Part shown: piece by piece, positions 52,501-62,620 of the stretch | Numbering within the stretch: position 1 is the first letter of the stretch | How the letters are laid out: each line of letters begins with the position of its first letter | Source: Salisapilia sapeloensis CBS 127946 | Taxonomy: Eukaryota; Protista; Oomycota | NCBI GenBank assembly: GCA_023334545.1 | Contig: JAADVB010000090.1 | Location: forward strand, 1,511 to 65,510 | Length of the DNA: 64,000 nt | Direction: 5' to 3' | The notes under the pieces: model-generated | The model's input: the letters and a program-made list of their open reading frames with translations, nothing else | What the model was told of the DNA's origin: nothing | Database searches by the model: none | Translations under genes and position numbers: made by a program

Positions 52501-54468
52501 GCGTCTCCTATCATTACCCGCACGCAGGATGTCGACTGCAGTGTTTGTGGCGAAAAGGAGAGTTACGAAGAAGATGTGATCGTCTTGTGTGACGGTTGTA
52601 ACGTTGCTGTCCATCAGCACTGTTACGGTCTCTCGTTTGTCCCTACGGACGAATGGTTCTGTGACTTTTGTGAACAGACCAAAGCGAGCAAGTGCCAACG
52701 GGATAAGAAGATAGTTACTTGTGCACTGTGTCCGATCCGAGGCGGAGCGGTTAAGAAAACTGAGTGTGGGCACTGGGTCCACGTCCAGTGCTTTCTCTGG
52801 ATACCAGAGCTTTCGCTCACGTACGACACGACTGGTGTTCATCTTGGCTCCCTACAAGCACTTGATAGTGATCGAAAGGATCTCAAATGTGTACTATGCC
52901 ACTCGTCCAGAGAACACGGTATCATCCAATGCGCTTATAAGCAATGTCTCGTCGCTTTCCATGTCTCGTGTGGCTTTGCAGCAGCCGAGTACTCTTTCCG
53001 TCAGCAGGCTCAAGCGTTCCAAGCGTACTGTCCACAGCACAAGAGCAGACAGGATCCAAGTCAAGTGTTGTGGTCACCTCTATCGCTCCGAGCGACACAG
53101 GAGACAGGAAGCATGCGAAAGTTTAAGCGATTGAGACGAGGTGAGAAGAAGAAGAAGTCACCTAATAAGAAAAGGAAAAGGAACTTGTTTGTGGAGGAAG
53201 AAGCTGAGGTGGACGGCAGCGTCCAGTGTGAGTCGCAGGAGGAGGAGGAGGAGGCTTTTAGTGATTCGTTTATTGATGATAATACGCACATGTTCTCGCC
53301 GTCACAGACACAGGTGGATGCCAGTATGCAAGATATGCGAGCAGTGTACACTCGATCACTTCGAGAATCTCCCGACTTTCTCATGAAAGGGATTGGGAAA
53401 GGCGTCTTCCCCACCGGTGGCATCATTGAAAGCTGCATGCGGGACATGCCGTCACCGAATCTGACGCCGATTGAACGCAATCTGAACGATTCGTGGAGTC
53501 AAGATGTACCGACACCGCATGAAGAGATGGATAGCGTTCCATCCTTTGAGATGCTCCCATCTCGAGAGGAAGCGAAGGAGACGGGGAGTGTAGACAGGAG
53601 TCATGCTCCGTCCTTTGAGCTCTTGTCACCTCCGGTCACAAAACGAAAGAAGATAAAACATGTAGATACGACTAGCGCACCGTCTTTTGCGTTGATGCCA
53701 CCTCCAAAGCAGAGTCCTGTGCAATCAAATCGTGATGCTCCTCCGTCCTTTGCATTGCTGCCATCTCCAGAGGATGAGGAAGAGAAGAAACGACGTATGG
53801 AGGCGAATCGATTGGAGGCATTGGCAAAGCTCAAGGCGAGGCAGCAAGCTCGACAACAGCCCAAGACTGTGGTGTGGGCAAGCACAACCTTTGCGAACTC
53901 TAGCGTCGTTCAGAATCTAAAAGGTAGCGGAGGATTAGTGGAGCTGGACGACAGGTTGGAAGCAGACTTGCTTTTAAGCACGAAGACGGCAGTTAAAGTC
54001 TTGCAGGCAGAAAAAGTCGTTCGACTTGGCAAGTCGGTGCTGCATCATCCGGACGTGGCAAAACTATCACAAGTGTTTCAAAAATTAGTCGTTGTGGTTG
54101 AAGTCGGACAGTTCGAGACGCAGCTCCAAACCTTCGTAAACGTACATAGTCCAGGTATAGAAGTGGTAGCAAAGCGTACGACGGTGGAGGTGACGGGACG
54201 GCTCATGGAGATTGCTAAAGCGGAGCAAGAGTTTGGGATATCAAGACGCACGGTGAAGACGCAGTTGGACGAGCACTTTTGGCCTCGAGTCGACTTTTTC
54301 CAACGTTTCCCATCACTATCTACGGGAAGTATCCTGTCGCTAAGCTTTCGCTTTCGTAATTTTACCGTCGACAAGATTCCGGTGAAGAAACTGAATGCCA
54401 TGCACTGGAAACGCATGCTACCATGGATCTCCGATGCGAGTGCGAAACAGCTTGTGGCTTACTTTTGA
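49597..54468 (+). CDS. FANCM: FANCM/Mph1 DEAH helicase with RanBP2-type zinc finger, PHD+ePHD module and degenerate ERCC4-like C-terminus; intronless
   Basis: VRDYQ, NTLVTLPTGLGKT, VFMAPTKPLVAQQI, VVDEAHRATGNYAY, ALSATPG, HPKFAKL, IAEEGLDIGDVDLIV, IQRMGRTGRKRVG. WSCHKCTLLN..CAMC (RanBP2 ZnF); CSVC...LCDGCNVAVHQHCYG..WFCDFC and CALCP..GGAVK..WVHVQC (PZP). Start 49597 (MELPQEE) or 49582. Confidence 0.95.
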   Translation: MELPQEEEWDDAILSEISMLETSHLQRRQTPNLSENRSNQATMDQTSDQWSCHKCTLLNAATLSYCAMCKTPRSGQNSVVSKGKVQSTLSFGGSSRRPPPRPGPSQAPKRSLPTKPIASKSPALQSIQPVNLIERPRQAQREDPIAAKRYLDISPGEQPHYDATAIHKFVYPTNYQVRDYQLNISERSLYHNTLVTLPTGLGKTLIASVVMYNFYKWFPQGQIVFMAPTKPLVAQQIRACHEIMGIDTSETAQLQGNVPPATRAQLWRTKRVFFCTPQSLQNDVEKGRCLADRFVCLVVDEAHRATGNYAYCNVIKAVESQTRTFRVLALSATPGAKYDVIQDVIKNLRISHVECRNADDVDVKRFTHARQEEVVKCGLTQPLTELKTAYLKVIARVAQRLALINALPQKDPDKLNRWFVLQRRQAFRESSLYASNRGAEADFALLVSLVHARDLLTIHGLSSFQEYVQGWIDEQQTGRLSWSKKDMFQSEEFKAVQTYLSDLAGPSEASRPENHPKFAKLKEILLEHFRRHDQGGHHSTRAIVFTQYRASVSEIVKLLKPLSPMIRVQPFIGQGQSGKGKDGKGMSQKLQQEIVHKFRQGEFNVLTATCIAEEGLDIGDVDLIVSFDALTSPVRMIQRMGRTGRKRVGRVVVLVTEGDEEKKLQRSERAAKSVSKALTMYKSKFEYCSCARMVPEGICPELSELRMEIPEFHASQVAGKGPVLEKKKKSLTWRLTEMEEMVGRARFFPEKMDELGRKAVFPLMTNSFHLCKPREYVVGKKSTVLQDIVRQIRGVDVSEEENKVEDVEVDADEYNSPIVEESQGSFFQFNGFSDVVTMDEAEAENKTPVHWTEPTPTTVQKTSAKKRKESGVDASVLAQGTALLAELRELASVETPLVSHSPEGNKSLNAASPPTHTSPRPDFPRISLPRRLFNHVDTCHDGNVVPSPPKQATENAKASQESAVLTPSASPIITRTQDVDCSVCGEKESYEEDVIVLCDGCNVAVHQHCYGLSFVPTDEWFCDFCEQTKASKCQRDKKIVTCALCPIRGGAVKKTECGHWVHVQCFLWIPELSLTYDTTGVHLGSLQALDSDRKDLKCVLCHSSREHGIIQCAYKQCLVAFHVSCGFAAAEYSFRQQAQAFQAYCPQHKSRQDPSQVLWSPLSLRATQETGSMRKFKRLRRGEKKKKSPNKKRKRNLFVEEEAEVDGSVQCESQEEEEEAFSDSFIDDNTHMFSPSQTQVDASMQDMRAVYTRSLRESPDFLMKGIGKGVFPTGGIIESCMRDMPSPNLTPIERNLNDSWSQDVPTPHEEMDSVPSFEMLPSREEAKETGSVDRSHAPSFELLSPPVTKRKKIKHVDTTSAPSFALMPPPKQSPVQSNRDAPPSFALLPSPEDEEEKKRRMEANRLEALAKLKARQQARQQPKTVVWASTTFANSSVVQNLKGSGGLVELDDRLEADLLLSTKTAVKVLQAEKVVRLGKSVLHHPDVAKLSQVFQKLVVVVEVGQFETQLQTFVNVHSPGIEVVAKRTTVEVTGRLMEIAKAEQEFGISRRTVKTQLDEHFWPRVDFFQRFPSLSTGSILSLSFRFRNFTVDKIPVKKLNAMHWKRMLPWISDASAKQLVAYF

Positions 54469-54517
54469 CACCAGTGTAATGAATAAACTAAAGTGTTGTG
54501 GAATCGACTGTACGGTG

Positions 54518-55846
54518 TTAAAGCTTTAGCTTGGCGATCGTGTCGATCGCTCGGTCCAGTGTCTCGTCGTCCTTGCAATAGGCAACTCGTAGTACGCCAG
54601 GCGAAAGCTGGTTCTCAGCCTCAGAGAAAGATGGGGACGTAGGAATGACTGCAAGTCCATGCTCCTTGCATAACTTGTACGCGAGCTGATAGTCCGGGTA
54701 GTCTTGCTTTTCCGTGTCCTTGGTGATGGTAACCTTGTCGGCAAGTTGCTGGAAGGCGGATGTGTGCGATACATCGCAGCAGACAAAATAGCCGCCTTCC
54801 GGGACGATCGGCCGCCAGTTCGCTTTGCGTAGGGCATCGACCATACGATCTCTCTTGTTCTGGAGTAGAGATGGTAACTCGTTCAAGTAGTTGTTCTCTT
54901 GAGCTGTACGGAAGCATTTCGAGAGCGCGACCTCGAATGGTGTCGTCCCACAGAACGGTACGACGCTATGGGCTTTAATGATGGGAGCAATGAGATGCTC
55001 TGGACCAACGGCGTAGCCCACTCGCCAGCCAGTGCACGAGAATGTTTTGCCAGCACTGAAGAGTGAGATGGTGCGGTCGAACATACCATCGTATGTCCCG
55101 ATGCGTTCGTGCTTGGCACCGTCAAAGACCATGAACTCGTAGACTTCATCCGACAGCACCTTGACGTGCGGGTGACGGCTTAAGACTTGAACGATAGCTT
55201 CCAGCTCGTCCTTCTGGAAGACTTTGCCAGTCGGGTTATGCGGTGTATTGAGTACGATCATGCGCGTCTTATCCGTAATCGCGGCCTCGAGCTTTGCAGG
55301 ATCTAGCTTAAAGTCTCCAGAGGAAAACGTCGCGCTCGTATCGTTGCTTTCAAAGGCAGCACGTTTCGCATCGGAGATTTCAAGAGGAATACCAATCGTC
55401 TTGAGACCAAGGACAGTCGCACACGTGCGATAGGCGTCAAAGTACGGCTCGATGGTAATCACCTCGTCCCCAGCTTCGAGTAAGGCATTTAGAGTCGAAA
55501 AGATACCTTCCTGCGCACCGTTAAACGTAACGAGATTGGTCATCGGGTCGAGTTCCCGGTCGAATAGAGGAGAGTACATTTCAGCTAGAGTTTGGACGAA
55601 GGCTGGATGGCCTCCAGGACGCGTGTATTGGTTGTTCTCTTCCTGGATCGCCTTGATAGCAGCGTCCTTGACAAAGTCCGGCGTACCGAAGGACGGGAAG
55701 CCTTGGCCGAGGTTGATCGCTTCATGCTGTGCAGCGAGGCCTGATATCTCGGCAAAGACGTTGCCGCCGAGTTTGCTTACTCTAGAGCTGCTGTGGCGCA
55801 TCTGGGAGGATCGAAGGAGTTGTTTGAACGGACGCCTGCTGCGCAT
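54518..55846 (-). CDS. Kynurenine/glutamine aminotransferase (class I/II PLP aminotransferase), probably mitochondrial
   Basis: AINLGQGFP, NQYTRPGG, GDEVITIEPYFDAY, LNTPHNPTGKVF, LSDEVYE, SAGKTFSCTGWRVGY (PLP Lys), PEGGYF, LRVAYCK. Arg-rich leader MRSRRPFKQLLRSS. Confidence 0.95.
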   Translation of the reverse strand: MRSRRPFKQLLRSSQMRHSSSRVSKLGGNVFAEISGLAAQHEAINLGQGFPSFGTPDFVKDAAIKAIQEENNQYTRPGGHPAFVQTLAEMYSPLFDRELDPMTNLVTFNGAQEGIFSTLNALLEAGDEVITIEPYFDAYRTCATVLGLKTIGIPLEISDAKRAAFESNDTSATFSSGDFKLDPAKLEAAITDKTRMIVLNTPHNPTGKVFQKDELEAIVQVLSRHPHVKVLSDEVYEFMVFDGAKHERIGTYDGMFDRTISLFSAGKTFSCTGWRVGYAVGPEHLIAPIIKAHSVVPFCGTTPFEVALSKCFRTAQENNYLNELPSLLQNKRDRMVDALRKANWRPIVPEGGYFVCCDVSHTSAFQQLADKVTITKDTEKQDYPDYQLAYKLCKEHGLAVIPTSPSFSEAENQLSPGVLRVAYCKDDETLDRAIDTIAKLKL

Positions 55847-57003
55847 AATTTCGATCGCACAATGAATTTGAGCTTGAAGTAGGGACGCCGGACATGCCAT
55901 CTTGAAAAGGCATTGTGCAATCGCATTTCGATCGGCGCAGAATGCTTCTTGATGCTGGATACCAGAGAGATCTATTGCTTGGATCTTGTTTGAAGGATGT
56001 TTGATGAGATTGTGCTTTATGGCTCCGTCGGATGTTGATAGCTCGAAGCGTTATAACGGATACTTTGATTGGAGAGGTGGTCGATAGCAGCAAGAGGTTA
56101 CTGGATATGCGTAGTAAGCTTAGAGTGACAGGACTGAAGTATTTTGCGGTGAAGACGATGAAGATGGTGTAATTAAAAAGCTTAATTTTGATACAAGAAG
56201 GGTCGTCGGCGATACTGCAGCCACGAGATCTCGTCTAAAACCAGCAGTTTAAGTTTCTATTCGACATGAAGGTAGCGATAAATCCGATCAAGTTGCCTTC
56301 CAGTCTTTCGCGACACCATCTATAAGTACGATTGGTCCCTTGACACATCACTAGGATGTTGAAATCGCGCGTCATTGAAGAATAGAAGGATATATCGGAA
56401 CTTTGCCTTGCATTGTGAACGCCGTAGATACATCCGTTATGTTGCCAACACAAGTATGTTCGTGACCGATCAAGCGGAGGTGGTTGCTGGGAAACACGGA
56501 TACGCTGACCGGACGCAGCCTCAAGCGAAGGTAACTGAATAATGGACTTTCATGGACTGAGTAAATACAGCGAGTTCACCGGGAATGGACTCGTGCGAAT
56601 GGATGGAAGTGACCGGTAACGGCATGGGAAGTTTTCATGCTTATGTCACTATCAAGCCTACCTTTTTGTCTCTTAGACCCTGCTAGCGAGCCAAAGCAGT
56701 ACACGTGACAACTACAGCGCTGCAAGTCAAGATAGTTTGCCAGTAGCTGGATAAGGAACTTTGAGTTTAGACAAACTATTGGAAAATAAAAGATGAAGAA
56801 GGCTCTGGATCCATGAGACGACAATTCTTGTGGCTGGACGCGAAAGAAATACGAAAAAGGGAACAGAGAGCTTTGAGTGGTGATTTTGCATTCATGCAGC
56901 TGTACATGACTGTGAGAAAATGCAAGTTTAAAGTAATAAAGCCTGAGATGCTAGTGCAAGCTAGAGAACGATAATACTGCACAAGTCCGCCGGCAAAATC
57001 CAA

Positions 57004-58823
57004 TCACTGGCCTGCTACCCAAGCCCGGCTTTCTGGCGTGCTCATCTGAAGCCTCCTGCTCGTCATTTTGGCCCATGCCTTCTGCCGCTTGGCTTCATTC
57101 TCTATCGCATTCGCGTCCACTTCGGCCCAATCCAAGTGATTTGCTTCTTGCACGAGTTCATCCCATTCATCATCGGCTGATCGACCGCTTGCGGACTGTT
57201 CCATGTAGGAATGGCTTTCGACACTGGACGCTACACCTGTGGGTGTGCACAGGTTGATGTAGCTCCCCATCGGCGTCGAATCCGAGCTTAGGTCGGAAAG
57301 CGAATGGATATTCAGCTCCTCTCCATCACATGTCTGCTGTTCCCTCGACAGCAAATTGTCTGCTTCATCCGAGTACAAGCGATTTCTCGAGACAAAAGTC
57401 GAACCCTGGCCTAAACTATCGTAGCGACCAGCAAGTATCTGCTGCCGAGCACACTTATAGGAACTCTCTTGTGTAATGCGAATCGAGCAGCGGTCGCACA
57501 TTCTAACTTTAGACCGCTTCATGCGAAGGACAGGAAGAATGTCGATGCTCACCTTTGCCAACGTACAGCTACTGCAAGTGACCACGCCACATAATAGGCA
57601 GCTATAACGCTTGCGGAAAGGAGCAAAGCGTTTCATGCACATCATACAGACCGAGGAGCTACGATCGTTAGCATTCACCGCGCTCTGTCGGTCCGCGTAT
57701 TCATTAAGAAGACTTTGACTCTGAAGGATCCAGGACAGTTTTCGATGATTTGCACAATCCACAGAGCTTGAGCACATGAGCAGCCCACCAGCAGTGACTA
57801 TGAATGAGATGGAAGACGAGTGAGATCACATCTGAATGGTGAAGTGTAGAAATGGGTAAATGACTTAAAGTACCTTTCTCGGCGATACTATCCAATACCT
57901 ATGGATTATGATCGCATTAGAGAAAGAGATGAGAAAGTAGATCGCGGTAACAAGCTTTAATGTTTGAATATACCTTGCCGAAAGCCTCGTAGTATCCTTT
58001 TACGTACACATCGACTGTATTCCCCTCAACCTGTTTGAAAATGATACACGAACTGAGCCGTGCTCGTACCATGTTTTTACGTGGCGGTGTTTCCCACAAG
58101 TCCACGCTGTGAGCTACGTAGTAACCAGCTTTGGTTCCATCTTCAAGCTTGATGATTCCGGTCGCAGCCACGAGCACCATGTCACGAGCCTTTACTATGG
58201 TTTGAAGACCAGGACCAGGCGTATTGACCATCCACTGGAGAGTCATAGAGCGGTATGGCTGATCTGGTGTCGGGGCCTCTATCACAGCGAGTCTACAGTG
58301 CAATAATGGTACGTCATATAAATTCATATCCCAGCGTCACTGCAAACTCTGTACGTTTGTCCGTCGACGGCGTTCATCTTTGCGTACGCAGACTGTTGTT
58401 GCAGGGAGGCCGAGTCCGGACTCATGATCCCAAACATGATGTCATCGAGCGACCCGTCGATAGTACCGGTTCCAACAAGCAGCTTTGGAGCTTGCCATTC
58501 GCTATTGCTACTGCTTTCAGAGTCTCGGCAACTGTCTTTAGAAGAGATACGTTCCTTGTAAATGGTAATCTTCCCTCGACGCTTAACAGGTTTCCAATGG
58601 ACTCGGTCGAGCATCCTTGGTACCATCTTATCATACCTACGAAAACATCATCGTCATAATGAGCAAGTGCGAGGCAATACTTCTTTGGCAAAACCCCGTA
58701 CTCTTTATAATCCCGAATAACTTCCTGGACGAGTCCAAGACCGATCCGTTTGCAGTCGACTTGCTGCTCTGGCGAAAGCTGAACGGACGGATATGCATTC
58801 GATGGCCAGAACTCGATAGTCAT
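57004..58823 (-). CDS. START-like + FYVE-like protein (paralog 2), 5 exons
   Basis: Manual splicing: ...GVLPK-KYDKMVPRMLDRVHWKPVKRRGKITIYK...GTIDGSLDDIMFG...GQ-TLAVIEAPTPDQPYRSMTLQW...ARDMV...GYYVAHSVD...VDVYVKGYYEAFGK-VLDSIAEK-VTAGGLLMCSSSVDCANHRKLSW...CMMCMKRFAPFRKRYSCLLCGVVTCSSC...MCDRC. Confidence 0.85.
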
Positions 58824-61120
58824 TGCAAACCTTCTTGTTCCTGGTGGATGGATCAGTTAAAATGGCCTCGTCTAGCACTGTCTTACTGGATCATCCGCCT
58901 ACATGTGCTATATTTGTCACGATAGGGAAGAAGGTCTGTAATATTTACTATACCGTATTCATGCGTCCAGAACAAAATACTCAATACTTGGGAGAATTGG
59001 TAGCTAGCGGTGTACATGGCAACTATTTTAGCTCTGATGTCTATTGTCAACTGACGAGTATCAGGGAGCTCCCTGATACTATTGTCGATGTCAAACCAAG
59101 AAGTTCCAGATGTATTGAGATGTAGCCATGATTAGAATGAAGATGGCTTTCTTTGTAGTCGACAGCTCTCCACGAGACAAGTAGGGGCAGAAGAAGCATT
59201 ATATCAGATTGACGAAAACGGCTTCGCCTAGCTAGATTTCTCTGCAAAAACAGAAATTCGCTAGATTACTAGTAACCGCATGGATATGAGATTTTATCGA
59301 GGAGGACGCGAATTACTACTACTGTGATATAGACGAGTTTAAGAAAGGGACATAGAGACACATCCTGCAAGCTAAACGAAACGAGGTAACATATCCTTTG
59401 ATACGCTTTAGTTTCTGATCTAGTTGTGACATCTAGAAACTTGGCTGATCGATTTCAGATACTTCGCGCCGAGTACGTGCGCTCATGTCGTTACTAGCAA
59501 TAGCTCAACCAACATGACATCTCAGGGACTGAATTGAGCTTAAGGATCTTTTCGCTACGTCGAATGAGCCGTTTAAATGGCGAGAAGGTACTCTATTTGC
59601 TATTGGCATGTTGCTTTTATTCATTACCATCCCGTCGATTGTGATCATGCGCGCGAGTGATCAGAAAAGTAGTAGAACCAATTAGAAGAAGCCACGATGT
59701 TATTTGCTTTCGTTTCTTTCATGTATATGTGCGAACGAATTTAAATCTGACAACGTTCTCAGACGTCTTTTGCATGTGAGATGTCCAACGGCAACCGAAG
59801 ACAACCTTTCGTAGAACTGCTGACTTGTTTAGTTGAATGATTAGATCCTTGCTCTCAATCTACCTTGTCTGGCTTGTCGCAATGATCGAACTATCGATAC
59901 CAGCTAATGTGAGCAACTATACTTGGCGCGAAGAGGAAGCACCCGTTACGTTCAATGTGACCTCGAAAGTCGGATATAAAAGACTTTGATTAGGCCATTT
60001 TGCGTTGTAGCGATGCATTTGTCAGATAGGTTGAGATAGCACTTAATAAATATTGACTTGTGGATGACGCGAAGCAAGTTGTCTATGATTTTGCCATCGG
60101 AAACACAATCAAAAGTATCCTGAACACAATTAGCATACAAAAGTTAAACTTCTGTACACTTTTGCATGGGAAGATCATGTCTAGTTGATTCATCTTAAAT
60201 GTGTTCTATAGGACTCTTAGTGTATGCGTGGTAAAATGTGCCAAGGCGCCACTGGCGATTTTTGGGCTCGTTGTGGTGTTTAAAAAGAGACTATATCGGC
60301 TTATACTCTTCCCGTTGGCTGGATTTGCAGACCACTTGCAGCGTTGTTGTGAGATCTGTCGTTGAGTCGTGGTGTGCGAAACATGGCTACTTGTCAAACA
60401 ACTCGTTGAGAAATGCAATCAGAGGAAACTCAATGGGATGCTCGAACTGTGCGAATTTCGCCTTGAGATTCACGGCATTCGAACCGTAACTTCAACAAGA
60501 ACTCTCTTCCTCTCTCTCTCTTTTACTCTTCCTCTCTGCGATATTGGCTTAATCATCAAATCCTAGGCGATGCTTAACCACGGTGTAGACGAAATTACAC
60601 GTCGTTTCGACGTGAGTAGAGGGAAATACAACTGTGTGTAGCAAGTAGCCCAATAGTTTTTGGTGTACGCTAGGTAGACATTCACCCTACCGGTGAATGA
60701 GTACATGGTATAAATTGCCTTTTCAAAGTCCGTAACGAGAGTATGGGGTGTAATGACGTAACTGCAAAGTATCCTCTAGACATGTTTGGTCCGAGCCATC
60801 TGATCAACGACATGGTTCCCGACATAGTAAACTGTACGTTTTCTCTGCATCCTCGATGAGTCAATTCTTATTGTCGTTCGCTTCTATCTCAGCGCAAAAC
60901 TTTCTCACCATCCTCATTCACAAATCCATTCTCTTGCTTTCTGTCGGAAGAGCTCACACGGAGCTTGTGCACCAATCGTAGTTACAAGCACATCATAGAG
61001 GTCTCAAGTGAGCCTGGACTAGGGTAAGTGTGTCCATCGTCGTCACCTGGACAGCTCCGCCATAAAAGAGCCGTCACGCGATCGAGCATTAGAGTCACGA
61101 GCGGAAGAATTAGAAAAGCG

Positions 61121-62620
61121 ATGGCTCCGACACGCAAGTGCGAGGAATATGAGCCGCTACGGCTATCACCACCGGAGAAAGCTGAAGTTAAACGGGTTGC
61201 AACGTCCCTTGTTCGTGAAACGTGTGAAGAGTACGAAACGTACGACCGACGAGTACCTCGACAGCTAAACCAAAGCCGATGGAAAGCAGTGCACAGTAAA
61301 GAAACACTGACAGTGCATCAAGAGCGCTGTCCGAAAGGAGGAGATGGTCGACCCATACCTCTTATTTGCACTGGTAGTCTCTATGGACATCTCGACGATG
61401 TCATGTACGGCTTGGCAATGGTAGATGACGCAGCACTGATGCAGACAGTATCGTACAATAATGCAGAAGTCGAGGACGTACAGACACTGGAGCTGATTGA
61501 TGGGCCTACCCCAGACCAGCCTTTTCGTTGTCTTAAAGTAGCCTGGCACTTGTTTTCTCCGCCGAAAGCCATGCGGACCGTTATGAATCATCGAGACATG
61601 GTCTACATCATGGCTTTTGGTGTCACCACTCTTTCCAACGGCGAACGCGTAGGCTACTTTTTGAACCATGCCATTGACTTAGCCATGACTCCGCCACGTA
61701 CGAATAGAAAAGTGCATCGTACTCGTATTTCCACGTGCAGCATATTCAAGCAAGTAAGTGAACGGTGTGTCGATGTATATGTCAAAGCGTACTACCAGTC
61801 AGTAAACAAAAACCTCCAGCGATTGGTCCTGCGCTCTGTGTCGAATGCTCTGATGACTAGCTGCTGTGCTGTGGCTTGCTCCGAAGGCAAAAAGCTGTCA
61901 TGGCTCTGTGCGCAGGAAGACATTATGCGCGGCCAACGAGTCGATGCAACAGGCTATAGTCTACACAGAGCCGAAGACTCGATCGTATGCTCAGCATGTC
62001 ACAAACGGTTTAATGCAATGCGAAAGAAGAAGACGTGCCACTTGTGCAAGATGCAGGTCTGTCGTGGTTGTTCAACTAAGCGTCAGAAGAACGATGTGCT
62101 TCCATACATGCGCTTGGTAAAGCACAAAGTCCATCTTTGTAACGGCTGCAATCGATCTTTAAAACAAGAGAACGCTTATAAAGTAGCTCGGCAAGATATT
62201 TTAAGCGGCAGGTTTGACGATCCAGGAAGAGGAACAACTATGACTAGCACGGCACGACTGTCCATGTATGGTCAAAGTATACATGGATCGAGTCGTGGCC
62301 ATTATGACGACGATGATATCGCCTATTTAGAAAACCTGTCTCCGTCTAAGTGGAATGAACGGGACAGCTACATCGACTTGGCATCCGAGCCACGTTCGAG
62401 CACCACGGACGCGGATCGTAGCTCCTTGCGATTATCGTCGATGCTGATCAACGAGTTCACTACCTTCAAGGATGATGATGATTGGGATAGTATGATCGCT
62501 GATACGACAACAACTGGTATCAGCGCAATGGAGCAGCACTACCGAAAGGCATGGGCCGATATGACGAAGCGTCGAGTGGATAAAGTTGCGCACCGGCCGT
62601 CACTCTGCCATGTTCCATAG
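61121..62620 (+). CDS. START-like + FYVE-like protein (paralog 3); intronless
   Basis: ATG 61121 (MAPTRK). LNQSRWKAVHSKETLTVH, GSLYGHLDDVMYG, PTPDQPFRCLKVAW, HRDMVYI...GERVGYFLNHAID, VDVYVKAYY, GKKLSW, CSACHKRFNAMRKKKTCHLCKMQVCRGC...LCNGC. Confidence 0.9.
   Translation: MAPTRKCEEYEPLRLSPPEKAEVKRVATSLVRETCEEYETYDRRVPRQLNQSRWKAVHSKETLTVHQERCPKGGDGRPIPLICTGSLYGHLDDVMYGLAMVDDAALMQTVSYNNAEVEDVQTLELIDGPTPDQPFRCLKVAWHLFSPPKAMRTVMNHRDMVYIMAFGVTTLSNGERVGYFLNHAIDLAMTPPRTNRKVHRTRISTCSIFKQVSERCVDVYVKAYYQSVNKNLQRLVLRSVSNALMTSCCAVACSEGKKLSWLCAQEDIMRGQRVDATGYSLHRAEDSIVCSACHKRFNAMRKKKTCHLCKMQVCRGCSTKRQKNDVLPYMRLVKHKVHLCNGCNRSLKQENAYKVARQDILSGRFDDPGRGTTMTSTARLSMYGQSIHGSSRGHYDDDDIAYLENLSPSKWNERDSYIDLASEPRSSTTDADRSSLRLSSMLINEFTTFKDDDDWDSMIADTTTTGISAMEQHYRKAWADMTKRRVDKVAHRPSLCHVP

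Noticed and set aside
59100-61000. Spacer between the START-FYVE paralogs, examined for ncRNA or inverted repeats
   Set aside because: No tRNA/rRNA-like structure or long palindrome was detected by eye; an Infernal/tRNAscan search would be needed to exclude ncRNA.
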